Assembly: GCF_963921235.1 (NCBI RefSeq)
Contig: NC_086097.1
Span: 125,924,001-125,988,000 of the forward strand
Direction of reading: 5' to 3'
DNA: 64,000 nt
DNA from: Mobula hypostoma
Lineage: Eukaryota
The notes below the pieces were generated by a model. It was not told the DNA's origin, ran no database searches, and saw only the letters and a list, made by a program, of their open reading frames with translations. Below, one piece after another: positions 12,699 through 25,972 of the stretch (the stretch's first letter is position 1; each line of letters begins with the position of its first letter). The translations under genes were made by a program, and so were the position numbers.

Positions 12699-14258
12699 TG
12701 GATTAGCATGTCAGTGAGGAATTAGCCCTTTAGAAATGCATGAAATGGCTGATGATGCAGTGGCCAGAGCGCTTGGTAGAGCTGCTGGAGGTGCCAGAAA
12801 TCTCAATTAATCTGCTTAATGTGAAGGCTGTTGAAGTGAAAGTTGAAAATAAGGGCATCTTCAACATGTTGCAAAGAGGAAGGGACAAGAGCAGACATGC
12901 AGAAAAGTAGAAAATGATTTGTTCTCTAGCATTTTGGTTTATTCTTTGGTCACTCAAAAACATTCCTCCCATTCCCAATTAAAGATTCTTGTTGCTACAC
13001 TCAAATTCATCAACCCACCCACCACATATTGTTGCAATAAAGCAAAACTCAAATTTTTATCTTGACTTGACATTTTAGTATTCCAAGTTCAAATGAGTTG
13101 AGATTCAGTTATTAATTCTTTTATTTACATTCACATATTTTGCTCCTTTACATTTACTATCACAAAGCAATTTTCCAGTTTAAACTTTGTTTTTAACTTG
13201 TTAAACACCTTTCCTTTCCATCCGTAACAAACGTACACACTTCTCTACACAGTTAGAACCTTCTACATCTGACTTTTCCTAGTTCTTATAAATGCAGAAG
13301 CTTTAATTCTCTTCCCCAAATCCTTCTTGCTTTTTCCATAATGCCTTTTAAGGACCTTGCAAGATTTTCAGTTCTGATATATACTCTTTTGGGTAAAACA
13401 TCAACTGTTGTAACAAAAGCACCAAGTTTGATTAGGTACTAAATAATAGATTACTGCAAAAATAAATAGTCAAGGCACCAACAGCAGTACATTAGCATGA
13501 CCAAGGAATGCCTAACCTACAGAATAGGACTAAGTTGGGATAACGTCGCCATTTTCAGGTTAAGTTACATCCAATGTGGAGCACAAACACCAATGCTATG
13601 GCTGAACTATTTACATTTTTTACTAATTTAGATGAAAGGACTGCAAGTTTGCTATAGCTAAAGTCACTGACAATAAAAATAGATGGAGAAAAAAAGTTGT
13701 CAGGATAATGCAGTGGATCAACAAAAAGAAAAGTACCCGGACAGCATACATGTTTCTCCATTGGGTGAATCCGGAACTACAGAGCATAGATACAAAGTAA
13801 GAGGTCACCCATTTAAGACAACCAAAGAAGAATTTCTTCAGAGGTCATAAATTTTTAGAATAGTCTATCTTAGAGAGTCATGGAAGCAGAAAATTGACAT
13901 ATATCCACGTGAAAGATAGATCTTTTAATCTGGTCGTTATGAGCAACAGGAAGAAATGTCCTTATGAATAAGAGCATTCTTAAGGAACCACAGAATCCTA
14001 AACTTGACAAAGTACAAGAAATTCCAATAATACACTTAGATTCAGAGAATTTGAGGCTGTATTCAGGATAACATGATGGTGATTATATATACTTGCACCT
14101 TAATTTCTACTGTCATTACAAATTTCCAATGACTAACTTCAAGAATGTGGTGTTATTTTCGGATTTGTTTCAAAGTACAAAACTCCTCAGCAATGTTTAA
14201 TACACACGTTATCACTTACTTAATCATTTAATATATGTTCATAATAAATATACGCTAC

Positions 14259-14340
14259 CTCCAGAAGAAATGCTGCATGGTTTGGTCCAACCACGCACTG
14301 CTTAATTGTAGCCTGTTCCAAAACATTCAGAGGTGGGTGA
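14259..14340 (-). CDS. UBR5: UBR5 coding exon 3 ((S)HPPLNVLEQATIKQCVVGPNHAAFLLE)
   Basis: TTTTTTCCAG acceptor, GAG|GTAGCG donor, 82 nt, phase 2-0, in frame with exon 2. Confidence 0.95.
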
Positions 14341-17300
14341 CTGGAAAAAAAATTATGAGGTTACTCAACATTTAAAATATAAAGTACTTAAAAATATAAC
14401 TAAAGAAGAAAATGCTGAAAATATCTAGTCAAGGAGCAATCTTTGCCGAAAGACAGTTCGTACGTAAGCTAATGACTTAAACAGCACTTCACATTTTATC
14501 TATGACCACTTCCACTCTATTCCTCTCTGTGGCAAACTGGAGACAGACTCCCAAGCCCTCAATGTTACTTACTACAAGCAAGCACCCAAAGATGCATTTT
14601 ATTTTGGCTCCCATTTTGGCATAGTTGCACAAAATGAATCGAAGTAGTCACCTGCTAAATGTATAAACAAACCAATATTCTACTTCTTCATAGAGAATTC
14701 CAAACTCTTCCAGTATTTCTGAATTTGCAGGTTAAGTTGTCAAATGACAACTATCTCAACTAATTTGGACTTGAACCGAGCATATCCACAGGGAAAGAAA
14801 GTTCAATGGAACAGTATCACTTGAGGTTGTACAGTAACACTAACGCAACTTATACAGTAACACACGTTATTATGCGGCTTTCAAAGCTCACATTAATCAA
14901 AGCACATTAGACTGTGCAAGAATATCATGTTAATTAAGGCTCTGTCAACATTTAAATAGATAAGTATTTAAAATTGCCAGCTGGACCAGTCTCTTATGAG
15001 TTAATCAATGATTTTCAGATTTTACAACTGCCTGTTATGGCAATTCTGCTTTTCTAACGAAACAGAAAATATTAAAAATATCTCTGCATAATTAAGCTGC
15101 AAACTACTAGTCTATTTCTCTCCTCAATCTAAGTTTAGCAACTATCTGTCAAAACTCTGTCAACAGTATTTAACATTAACCATTTTAATATCAAATCTAT
15201 GCACTATTGAGATGTTACTAGCTTGAATATTTAAGGAAGTACAATTGAGATGGGAGTGTATAATTTTCAAAACACTACCTAATTCAACATTCAATTGCCA
15301 CTATATAAAATCAATGACAAATATAAAAAGATACAAGGATATAAAATGATAAATTTGGATAATCACTGTTTAAAATACAAATTTCCAGCTCAAAAGGGGA
15401 AGCCTTATTTTTCTTTAAAAAAGTTCAAAACTAAGACTTGGATTGACTTTATGTTATCCAAAGTACTGCTTTAAGTGCAGTCATTGCTGTAATGCAGGAA
15501 ATACGGCCAATCTCACCACCAATTCCTTAAAAAAAAAACAGAAGTAATGATAAAAGTCCAAATTAAAGTCACAGGTCAATGCAAATAGACAGTTTAAATG
15601 CTTTTGGCATGGACTCGATGGGCCAAAGGACCTGTTTCTGTGCTGTATTTTTCTATGACTCTATGGGCATTTCTAATGGTCAGGGGCTTAAATATAACAG
15701 CCAGGAAAAATTATTCCACTTGTTATCAAATAGTGTTGTGCTTTTTTAATCCATCTTACGAGCTGGTAAGTTAACATGAAATTCAATGAATAGTAATCAA
15801 TGAGCAACACTCTTTTACATTGGAATTGAAACTAGACATAACCTGACAGGAAGGAACCATGGAATTAACTAAAACATTATATTTAAACCAACCTTTTTGC
15901 ATTGTTCAGCAAATAGCATTCTTCAAAGTAAACTGAGCTCCTCTTTAATTTTAAAATGTCCTTATTAAACCAATAAAATCACTTACTGACACTAGCACCA
16001 AAATACAAGCTATGGTTCCAGCAGCCTAAGCAAAAATGGGAGGGAAAAATAACTATGCTAGCTAAAACTAGATTTTGAAATGTTCCCTATGAGATCACCC
16101 ACAATTTACCATTGAAGGTAGATCTGATAAAGGGAGGGTTCTGCATATGATGTTTTTCTTTTATTAAAATAACAGTTGATACTACACGTCTCAAAGAGAT
16201 TTACATGGTATCGCAGGTCTAATAGCATTACCTGCCATACTAAACAAAAAAATAAGAAAATGTGAAAACTTAGCAAGTTGCATCTTCAAATGCTACTCTT
16301 GGACTTGAGGAAATAAACTGGTACTTCAATTTGACACCCCCAGCAAAATCTGTTCAATATGAAGTATCCAGTCAGAACAAAGCCCTATTGTCTAATTTAA
16401 TAAACAGGCCCTCCAGATTCCTGCTTTCATATTAATTTTGCACAGTTCTACTCACAGATGTTGGCCCATACATCTAATGTACAGGCTTTCAAACTTGGAC
16501 CAGACAATATCTTTGTAAGATCAGACATAATCGCTTCCATAAATCTATTTATAGTGGGATAATGAATAAATATTTGAACCATGTTTTAGAACCAAAAAAT
16601 ATTTTAGGGAGTGTGCTTTTACATCTACCAGCACATTTGACTGGCAAAACCAAAGGTTGCACTAGAAATTGCAACACATCCAAATATAACCCCTTCACAA
16701 TTTTTTGCCCTCCTCAACCCACCTCCAATTTAATGGTAGCAAAACATGAATGGATTTCCTGTCATATTACTTTCAATATGTTAGAACTGAACCACTCCTT
16801 TCAGTGAACAATACTGTTTTTCTGAATGCTAGCCATATGACATTTTGACAAAAAAAAACTTTCACTGGAGCTGTAATGCAGAAGGAGAATTTGAGACTTT
16901 GCGCGTCGAACTTTTTGTATTGCCTCTATTGTCATCAAAACTAATATAAAACTTGTAACTCACTAAACTAAGTCTAAATCACCTGAAATTAATTACAATG
17001 ATGGTGGGACACCAGTATTGGTCCAAGATGAAAGTACTGTACCAGAGATCTGTACAATTAAGCTACATCCAACGTAACTAAAAATCTTTGAAAAAGTAAT
17101 TTGGATTCTACATAATCCAGATAGCACTCCTTAAACAGGGAACCAGTAGAGTCAGTACGGTAGTTTCATATTTGAAAGTCTTCGTAAATACCACTGGGAG
17201 CTTAATTTTCACACATCCAAGCCATGCTAGTTATTTGCATTAATTTAATGTTATTTTTACAAGAGCTTTAATATAAAAATTCCGAAACCTCCTCTTTCTT

Positions 17301-18719
17301 ATGCAGTTGCTGGAGATCAAGGATACCTCGCTTATACTATGGTTTTGCAGGTTGTTAAATGGCTAATGAAGCCAATGTGGGAAATGCAGATATTTCCACA
17401 AAGGGCAAATGTATGATGAGACAGACAACTGGGCAGTTTGAGTAAGTGCACACCTTACACAGGGCTTCTTGTGTGCTCCCAAGATTCTCAGTTCCATCCC
17501 AAATTCTCCTCCACTTTAAGCTGTCATGAGCCAGATTCCAATGAGGGTGTGGGAAATTCCCATTTCTTCATAGTACTTCACAGAATCTTTCAATCCCTCA
17601 AAAAAAAATGCTTTCCATATATCCAAACAAGATGTCAAAAAGCTTGAACAATATGCCAAGTTAATAACTATCTTAGGACAGAGGAAAATGATGGAGAGAT
17701 TCATGAACCCCAAAGCAAATGGCTGAAAGAGCTGGAGAGGTTATCAGTAGTGGCATTTGAGGAATAAAATTCTTTTAAAAGGTATTGGAAGATGTAAGAG
17801 ACAGGGAGAAAGAACATGGAGAGACCTGAACACTAACAAGATTTAAAATCAAACTAGCAGTGGACCACAAGCAGATGCAAGTCAGCATGAACAGGAAAGA
17901 AAATAGATGCGTTTTGGGCAGGTAGGCCGTAGACCAGCTGAAAGTTATGAAGTGTCTAACATTGGTGATCATAAAATAGAGCCCTGAAGCAGCAAAGACA
18001 GGAATTACAAATGATTTGCAGCAGAATAAAGTAGAGAACTTTAATTAGGTGGAAGAACATGCCTTTGACAGGTAGAATATGGCTAGAACTTTGTCAACAG
18101 GATGTTGAGGATGTTGTTGAAGTTGAAACAACAGGAAGTTGTTGACAGCCCATGGCTATGTGAATGGAAGGATATTGAAACCCATTAAAGCAGAAAGTAA
18201 GAGACTCAGTAGTTCAGGAATAGCTATGGTAACAGACACTTCAGATAAAGTCAGCTGAATCTGCCAAATTCTATAGAGTTCAGAGGGATTCAATGTGCCC
18301 AGACAGAAGATGAGGTACTGCTCAAGCTTACATTGGACACTTATAATACTGCAGCAAAGCACAGACGGATCAGAATGCAGGTGTAGAGAAGAATTAAAAT
18401 TTCAAACTGTGTGCTGCAAGCTGCCTCTGAAATGAAGACAGGTGGCCACACAATCTACAAATGGTATAGAGAACAAAGACATTAGCTTTGGCTATCCCAG
18501 TGCTTGATTACAACCTGAGGCTACTTAGCCCATCAATTTCATGTCAGCTCTCAGCAGAGTAATCACATCAACGCAATTCTCCTTCTGCCTTCAACCCTAC
18601 AACTTATTCTTTCTCACATCTATCAACTCTTTTAGGCTATATACCACTTCCATAAACCGAGTTAACAATAACCAATTAATCCACCGGTGTGTCTTCTGAA
18701 GTTAAAGAAAGAAAATGCA

Positions 18720-19055
18720 GCCTCCACCTGGGTAGCACCAAGCTGCTCTCTGGAGTTATGGGACTGGAGCACAAACCATAACTCCGCCGTGAACGATCCC
18801 AAGCCCAGCTGCAAAAGGAGGATTGGGCATTGTGCCAGCAACCCCATCCCGCAAAAGCTAAGAGCTACAGAACCACCAACAGAAGTTCCAAAGACCTCAT
18901 CGCTGAGAGGGATCTTTGCCTCGAAGACATATAAAGTTGTGTGATGAATGCAGAAGCCACAGGGGTAATCAACCTTCTGCCCAGGACAGAAGACTCTAGC
19001 GAGCTGCAGTTGGCAGCCCATGCCCCAGTAGGGATGATGGGCTTAAGAAGAACTA
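18720..19055 (+). mobile_element. Probable RTE-derived non-autonomous retroposon
   Basis: GGAGGATTGGGC..CAACCCCATCCCGCAAAA 5' motif and CCCATGCCCCAGTAGGGATGATGGGCTTAAG 3' end resemble RTE termini. Confidence 0.45.
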
Positions 19056-21662
19056 ACTACATAACACCTGTTTAAATTACTTACCATTTGAATCGATTCA
19101 AAATGAGCAACCTGACTCAGTATTTTGAGAGGAAGGTCTAGCCATCACTTTAAAATTACATTACCAAGGGTCAAAGAAAAATGTGATGGCCCAGATAGGA
19201 CTTCAAGGTGCAACTGAGGACATGTTTACATCTGGATGATAGCAAGCTGGAGTATCAAGATGAGCTTCTGGAAGGGGATATTGTGATTAATTCTATCACA
19301 AGCTTTAGAAAGGCCAAAGTACAAGGTAGAATGATATATGATTATAAATGCAACTTATGATGACCCAAGCTCATTTTCATGCCAGAGCAGTTAAAAAAAA
19401 AGCCTGATTGGAAAGGAGCAAATCTTGTATGGAGGGAAAAGATGGGCATTGATTAGAAAAGTGATAAACAGGGGAGCTGATTTCAAGATGTAAATCCATG
19501 GTGGATCTTTTAAATCTAAAGGGGATTGAGCTATTTTTTAAAAGATAGATAGTATTTGAGGAAATAAATGTTATAGCCACAACTCTTTCAATTTTTTCAT
19601 CTCCCCTCTCAATATTTATAAATAAACATTATTAGTTTTGGATATTAAAAGCAGATAGTTTTGAAATACATTACTGCTAACCTATATACTTCATATATGT
19701 GTCGTCCTAATTATAACTTAGGATCTACCACCCATGCAGAATGCTGGCTTTACAGAAATCAATGTGACTATTTACTGCCAGTCATTAGAACACCAATAAA
19801 TTACAATTTATTCCCAGTCTGGCAAACAAAATTAATGATGCTCAAATTTATCTATCAGTATCTCAAAGGAACTGAAATTCCATAGATCTTGCAAATAAAA
19901 ACAGACCTTTTTTCCTTGATGAATTACCTCAACTTGCCACCTTCCTTCCCATACTTTGGGCCAAAATTCATTTTCTTCTTGCGTTGTATAAAGTGATCTT
20001 GGGAGCATGCCTAAAATTTACTAATTTAAAACCGGGGCTAACTTGACTCAACTTGGCCTTAAAGAAAACAGCAGCTTAGGCTCTGCTCTGCACAGGCCTC
20101 GACATTAATGACTGCCTTTCTATCTGTAGTTTAGGCTCCTCACTAACTAAACTTTTAGCAGAAGATACATTTTCTCTCTCTCTCTACATACAATACAACT
20201 GACTTATAAATTGATGTAATTTCTGTATGTGCTCAAATTTAGCAAGTAATATGGACTGATTCCAATCTGATGTGTTACTAGTACATTTCTGATGAAAAAC
20301 ATGACCTGGCAATATATTTAATTGTCAAACTTTAAATAAGATTCTCAGGGGATATGCAGGTAACACAAAATTTAGAAATGAGAAACTAATACTAACGCAA
20401 ATTAAACTAAAAATCCCATTTTAAGAATTTATCACTGGATTTCCAAACTTTGCCAAAAATAGGTTAAACATGCATGGCAACTGATACCATCCTCATTACA
20501 GTTTGTTAGTAACACCACTGGATTCAGCTGCAGCCCAAGTTGCTGCGCTTTTAAGTTAGCATTGTTTAAATAATGAACCACTGCATCTTCACAAGATTAA
20601 AATAAAGGAACAAATGCTCAAACCTACTGTCCCCTCTTCCCATCTACTTAACCTACAGACTGCTCTAATCACTTACTATAAGAATGTTACCTAACATAAG
20701 TTATGGTCACATTACGTGCTTGCGACATCCCAAACTATTTTACACCTTTAAATTATGAGATCAAATTGCACTGTCATTAAGGCAAAAGTTCCACAAATAC
20801 TAAATGAATTGAACATTTAAACACTTTTATTGATGATCGTGCTGAGGCAGGAATATTGAACCAGGAGGAATTCTCTCAATGTCATGGAATGTTTTATATC
20901 TGCCTGAACCACCAGCAATAAGTTAAACAAGTTGGAGTTCAGGTCCAATGGCTACCAAGCAAAACCAAGTTAGAAATAATATGGGGAAGATATTAAACCA
21001 TGTCAATGGAAAAGGTGACGTCTGCAGACAATCATAGGATTCTGCCATTTCCATGGCTAACTTGGCTGTAGTTACATATCAATACAATTTTAATTCAATG
21101 GCAGTATTTTTAGATGACAGCCATTGAAGACACATCTAACATTTAATGGAAACCATTCAAATCAACTCGATATAGAAAAATCTGCTCCTTTGAAATCCTC
21201 TAGTGGATTTATCATTCAGAGTAATTAAACAAATAACTGCAAAACTCAATCCGGGGCCACAAACGTTAAATATACACAACATTAAAGTATCAGCAAAAAG
21301 AAATAAACCCAGAAATGGTGATGTTTAGAGAGCATCAATGCTCTATTCCCATATACACTAGATAGCTGTGAACAACAGATCTCTACATGTGGAACAAAGA
21401 GCAAAACATTCTTTACTACTCCAAATTCCAACATTTAGTGCTACAATAAATTAATTCCAGTTAGTTTTACACTTAAAACACAATTTTCTATCTCCTACAG
21501 AATAGTAAAAATAAAATTCAGGCATATTTAATTTTTACAATATCCATCAAGTACTTACTTACTTTTGGCCAAACTAAAAACAAGCCAGAAAGTAAATTAT
21601 TTAAAATTCTAAGTACCAAGTACGGTGGTAAAATAAAAATGGAAGTTAAATATTCACAATAC

Positions 21663-21707
21663 CTGCTAAGATTGAATTTGTTGAGTTTTTCCGATACTTC
21701 TCGTAAT
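21663..21707 (-). CDS. UBR5: UBR5 coding exon 2 ((R)LREVSEKLNKFNLS(S))
   Basis: TTTGCAG acceptor, AG|GT donor, 45 nt, phase 2-2, continues exon 1 in frame. Confidence 0.95.
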
Positions 21708-23034
21708 CTGCAAAGAAACAAGTCTAGTTGAAGCAATGCAATAATAATATTTCAGTTATTTAATGATTTTCCAGCATCCTCTATACAAATTCTGTCTTTC
21801 AGCTTCAATGTTATCTCCCAATATCACATATTATAGTTACATCCACTAATGTTAAAATCATGGAAATTTTTAAACACTGCATGAAGATGCTAAATACAAA
21901 CTTTTCTTCAAACATTACTTTGCTACCATACTAACAATTAATGATTAAAAAAAAATTCCAGTTTTATTTCAAATTTGAATTCTGGACAGGTTCAATATAA
22001 CACTTTTCTAAAAACACACCTAATATTGGAAACAGAATAGTAAAATTAAGTAGCAATGCTTCAATGTTTTTGATCAACTTGGTGCTATAGTATGGCACAT
22101 GTTAACCTCAAGATAAACTTTGCACTTTGTAATCTACCTTTGCAGTAGCCATGAAAACAGCTCCAGTGTACGCTCACCGTACTGTGAAGTAATCCAGTGG
22201 TCCTCAACCACTGGGCTGCGGCCCGGTACCGGGCCGCAAAGCATGTGCTACCGGGCCGTGAGGAAACAATATGATTTGGCAATATGAAACGATAGGAGTC
22301 AGCTGCACCTTTCCTCATTCCCTGTCACGCCCACTGTTGAACTTTAACGCACGCGAGGTCATCAGTGACCCAAGACATGCAAAGGAATGGGTCCGTGGCC
22401 CATTTGTGAATGTTTCCAGTGAATCTTCCATGTCAGCACGGGAAAAAGATCAACTCCTCGAGCTTGCAAATGACGGTGGGCTGAAAAGTATGTTTGACAT
22501 AACATCTCTGCCTGCATTCTGGATCGAAGTCAAGGCTGAATATCCTCAGCTAGCCACGAAAGCACTGAAAACGTTGCTTCCATTTCCAACACCATATCGC
22601 TGCGAAGCGGAGTTTTCTGCAATGAATGCAACGAAAACTAAATTGCGGAATAGACTGGACATAAGGAACCCCCTTCGAGCATCGCTGTCTCCCATCACCC
22701 CTCGATGGCACTGTCTTGTTGCAGGAAAACAAGCCCAGGGCTCCCACTGATTCAGCGATATTGGTGTGTTGCAATGATTTTATATGTTCGTACGAGGAAA
22801 ATATGTGCTGTGTTTAATATCCAAACTTTACTTAAAATGTTATGATGCTATTGACTTATAAGTGACTTATAATTCAGTGGTCCCCAACCTCCGGGCCGTG
22901 AAGAATGCAGCAGTACAGCGGTAGCTGGAATGCACCCAGCACATCTTTAAGAAAAAAGCCGAAATAAACAAGCTACACACATAAAAGTTGCTGGTGAACG
23001 CAGCAGGCCAGGCAGCATCTCTAGGAAGAGGTGC

Positions 23035-23070
23035 AGTCGACGTTTCAGGCCGAGACCCTTCGTCAGGACT
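23035..23070 (-). ncRNA. Minimal hammerhead ribozyme in the Penelope pLTR (UBR5 sense)
   Basis: Identical 36-mer to 2921-2956. Confidence 0.85.
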
Positions 23071-25581
23071 AACTGAAGGAAGAGTGAGTAAGGGATTTGA
23101 AAGTTGGAGGGGGAACGGGAGATCCAAAATGATAGGAGAAGACAGGAGGGGGAGGGATGGAGCCAAGAGCTGGACAGGTAATAGGCAAAAGGGATACGAG
23201 AGGATCATGGGACAGGAGGTCCGGGAAGAAAGACAAGGGGGGAGGGACCCAGAGGATGGGCAAGAGGTATATTCAGAGGGACAGAGGGAGAAAAAAGAGA
23301 GTGAGAGAAAGAATGTGTGTATAAAAATAAGTAACAGATGGACAGATGGGGTACAAGGGTGAGGTGGGGCATTTGCGGAAGTTAGAGAAGTCGACGTTCA
23401 TGCCATCAGGTTGGAGGCTACCCAGACGGAATATAAGGTGTTGTTCCTCCAACCTGAGTGTGGCTTCATCTTTACAGTAGAGGAGGCCGTAGATAGGCAT
23501 GTCAGAATGGGAATGGGATGTAGAATTAAAATGTGTGGCCACTGGGAGATCCTGCTTTCTCTGGCGGACAGAGCGTAGATGTTCAGCAAAGCGGTCTCCC
23601 AGTCTGCGTCGGGTCTCGCCAATATATAAAAGGCCACATCGGGAGCACCGGACGCAGTATATCACCCCAGCCAACTCACAGGCGAAGTGTTGCCTCACGT
23701 GGAAGGACTGTTTGGGGCCCTGAATGGTGGTGAGGGAGGAAGTGTAAGGGTGTGTGTAGCACTTGTTGCGCTTATACGGATAAGTGGGAGATCAGTGGGG
23801 AGGGATGGGGGGGACAAATGGACAAGGGAGTTGCGTAGGGAGCGATCCCTGCGGAATGCACGGGGCGGGGGGAGGGAAAGATGTGCTTAGTGGTGGGATC
23901 CCGTTGGAGGTGGCGGAAGTTACGGAGAATAATATGTTGGACCCGGAGGCTGGTGGGGTGGTAGGTGAGGACCAGGGGAACCCTATTCCTAGTGGGGTGG
24001 CGGGAGGATGGAGTGAGAGCAGATATACGTGAAATGGGGGAGATGCGTTTAAGAGCAGAGTTGATAGTGGAGGAAGGGAAGCCCCTTTCTTTAAAAAAGA
24101 AAGACATCTCCCTCGTCCTAGAATGAAAAGCCTCATCCTGAGAGCAGATGCGGCGGAGACGGAGGAATTGCGAGAAGGGGATGGCGTTTTTGCAAGAGAC
24201 AGGGTGAGAAGAGGAATAGTCCAGATAGCTGTGAGAGTCAGTAGGCTTATAGTAGACATCAGTGGATAAGCTGTCTCCAGAGACAGAGACAGAAAGATCT
24301 AGAAAGGGGAGGGAGGTGTCAAAAATGGACCAGGTAAACTTGAGGGCAGGGTGAAAGTTGGAGGCAAAGTTAATAAAGTCAACGAGTTCTGTATGCGTGC
24401 AGGAAGCAGCGCCAATGCAGTCGTCGATGTAGCGAAGGAAAAGTGGGGGACAGATACCAGAATAGGCACGGAACACAGATTGTTCCACCAAGTTTTCCAA
24501 CAAAAAGGCAGGCATAGGTAGGACCCATACGGGTGCCCATAGCTACACTTTTTGTTTGGAGGAAGTGGGAGGAGCCAAAGGAGAAATTATTAAGAGTAAG
24601 GACTAATTCCGCTAGACGGAGCAGAGTGGTGGTAGAGGGGAACTGATTAGGTCTGGAATCCAAAAAGAAGCGTAGAGCTTTGAGACCCTCGGGATGGAAG
24701 TATATAGGGACTGGACATCCATGGTGAAAATAAAGCGGTGGGGGCCAGGGAACTTAAAATCATCGAAAAGTTTAAGAGCGTGAGAAGTGTCACGAACATA
24801 GGTCGGAAGGGATTGAACAAGGGGGGATAAAACCGTGTCGAGGTATGCAGAAACGAGTTCGGTGGGGCAGGAGCAAGCTGAGACAATAGGTCGGCCAGGA
24901 CAGGCAGGTTTGTGGATCTTGGGTAGGAGGTAGAAACGGGAAGTGCGGGGTGTGGGAACTATAAGGTTGGTAGCAGTGGATGGGAGATCCCCTGAGCAGA
25001 TAAAGTCGGTGATGGTGTGGGAGACAATGGTCTGGTGCTCCTTAGTGGGGTCACGATCGAGGGGTAAATAAGAGGAGGTATCCGCGAGTTGTCGCTGTGC
25101 CTCGGCAAGGTAGAGGTCAGTACGCCAGACTACAACAGCACCCCCCTTATCGGCGGGTTTAATAATAGGGTTAGGATTAGTGCGGAGGGATGGAGAGCAG
25201 AGCATTCCGAAGGAGTGAGGTTGGAATGGGGACAAGGTGCAGTGAAGTCGAGACGGTCGATGTCCCGTCGGCAGTTAGCGATAAAGAGATCCAGAGCAGG
25301 CAGAAGACCAGAGCGGGGTGTCCATGAAGAAGAGGAGGGTTGAAGACGGGAGAAGGGGTCATCGGTGGGGGTGGAAGAGTCCTTGCCGAAGAAGTAGGCT
25401 CGGAGACGGAGACGGCGGAAGAAAAGTTCCGCATCATGGCGAACACGGAACTCGCTGAGATGTGGGCGAAGGGGGACAAAGGTGAGGCCCTTACTGAGGA
25501 CAGAGCGTTCTGCCTCCGACAGTTGAAGGTCAGAGGGGATGGTAAAGATCCGGCACGGATGAGAGCTGGGATCGGGGGGCG

Positions 25582-25972
25582 GGGGGGAGGCTGGGGGTGT
25601 CAATGGAGAGGGGAGGGTTGGGGTGAGAGGAGGATGGAGCCTCTGAGGGCCCAGGAGCTGACGGTCAGATCTGGGGGAGATGGGATTGCAGAGTATTGCT
25701 GGGGGAAGGGGAGATGGGAGTCACAATAGCAGCACATAAAGACCCGGCCTGGAGTTCAAGGCTGGAATCTTGAGAGCTGGGGTGGGAGGGGGGAGGCTGG
25801 GGGTGTCAATGGAGAGGGGAGGATTGGGGTGAGAGGAAGATGGAGCCTCTGAGGGCCCAGGAGTTGATGGTGGGATCTGAAGGAGACGGGGTTGCAGAGT
25901 GGTGGTGGGGGAAGGGGAGACGGGAGTCACAACAGCAGCACATAAAGACCCGGCCTGGAGCTCAAGGCTGGA
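25582..25972. repeat. 206-bp-period tandem duplication in the Penelope Pro/Ser-rich linker
   Basis: ~25582-25766 aligns to ~25788-25972 at a constant offset of 206 with scattered substitutions. Confidence 0.9.

Noticed and set aside
22271..22750. ZBED5/SCAND3-like host gene (also 53013-53426)
   Set aside because: Only the transposase C-terminus, inside TIRs and TSDs, present twice: a transposon remnant.
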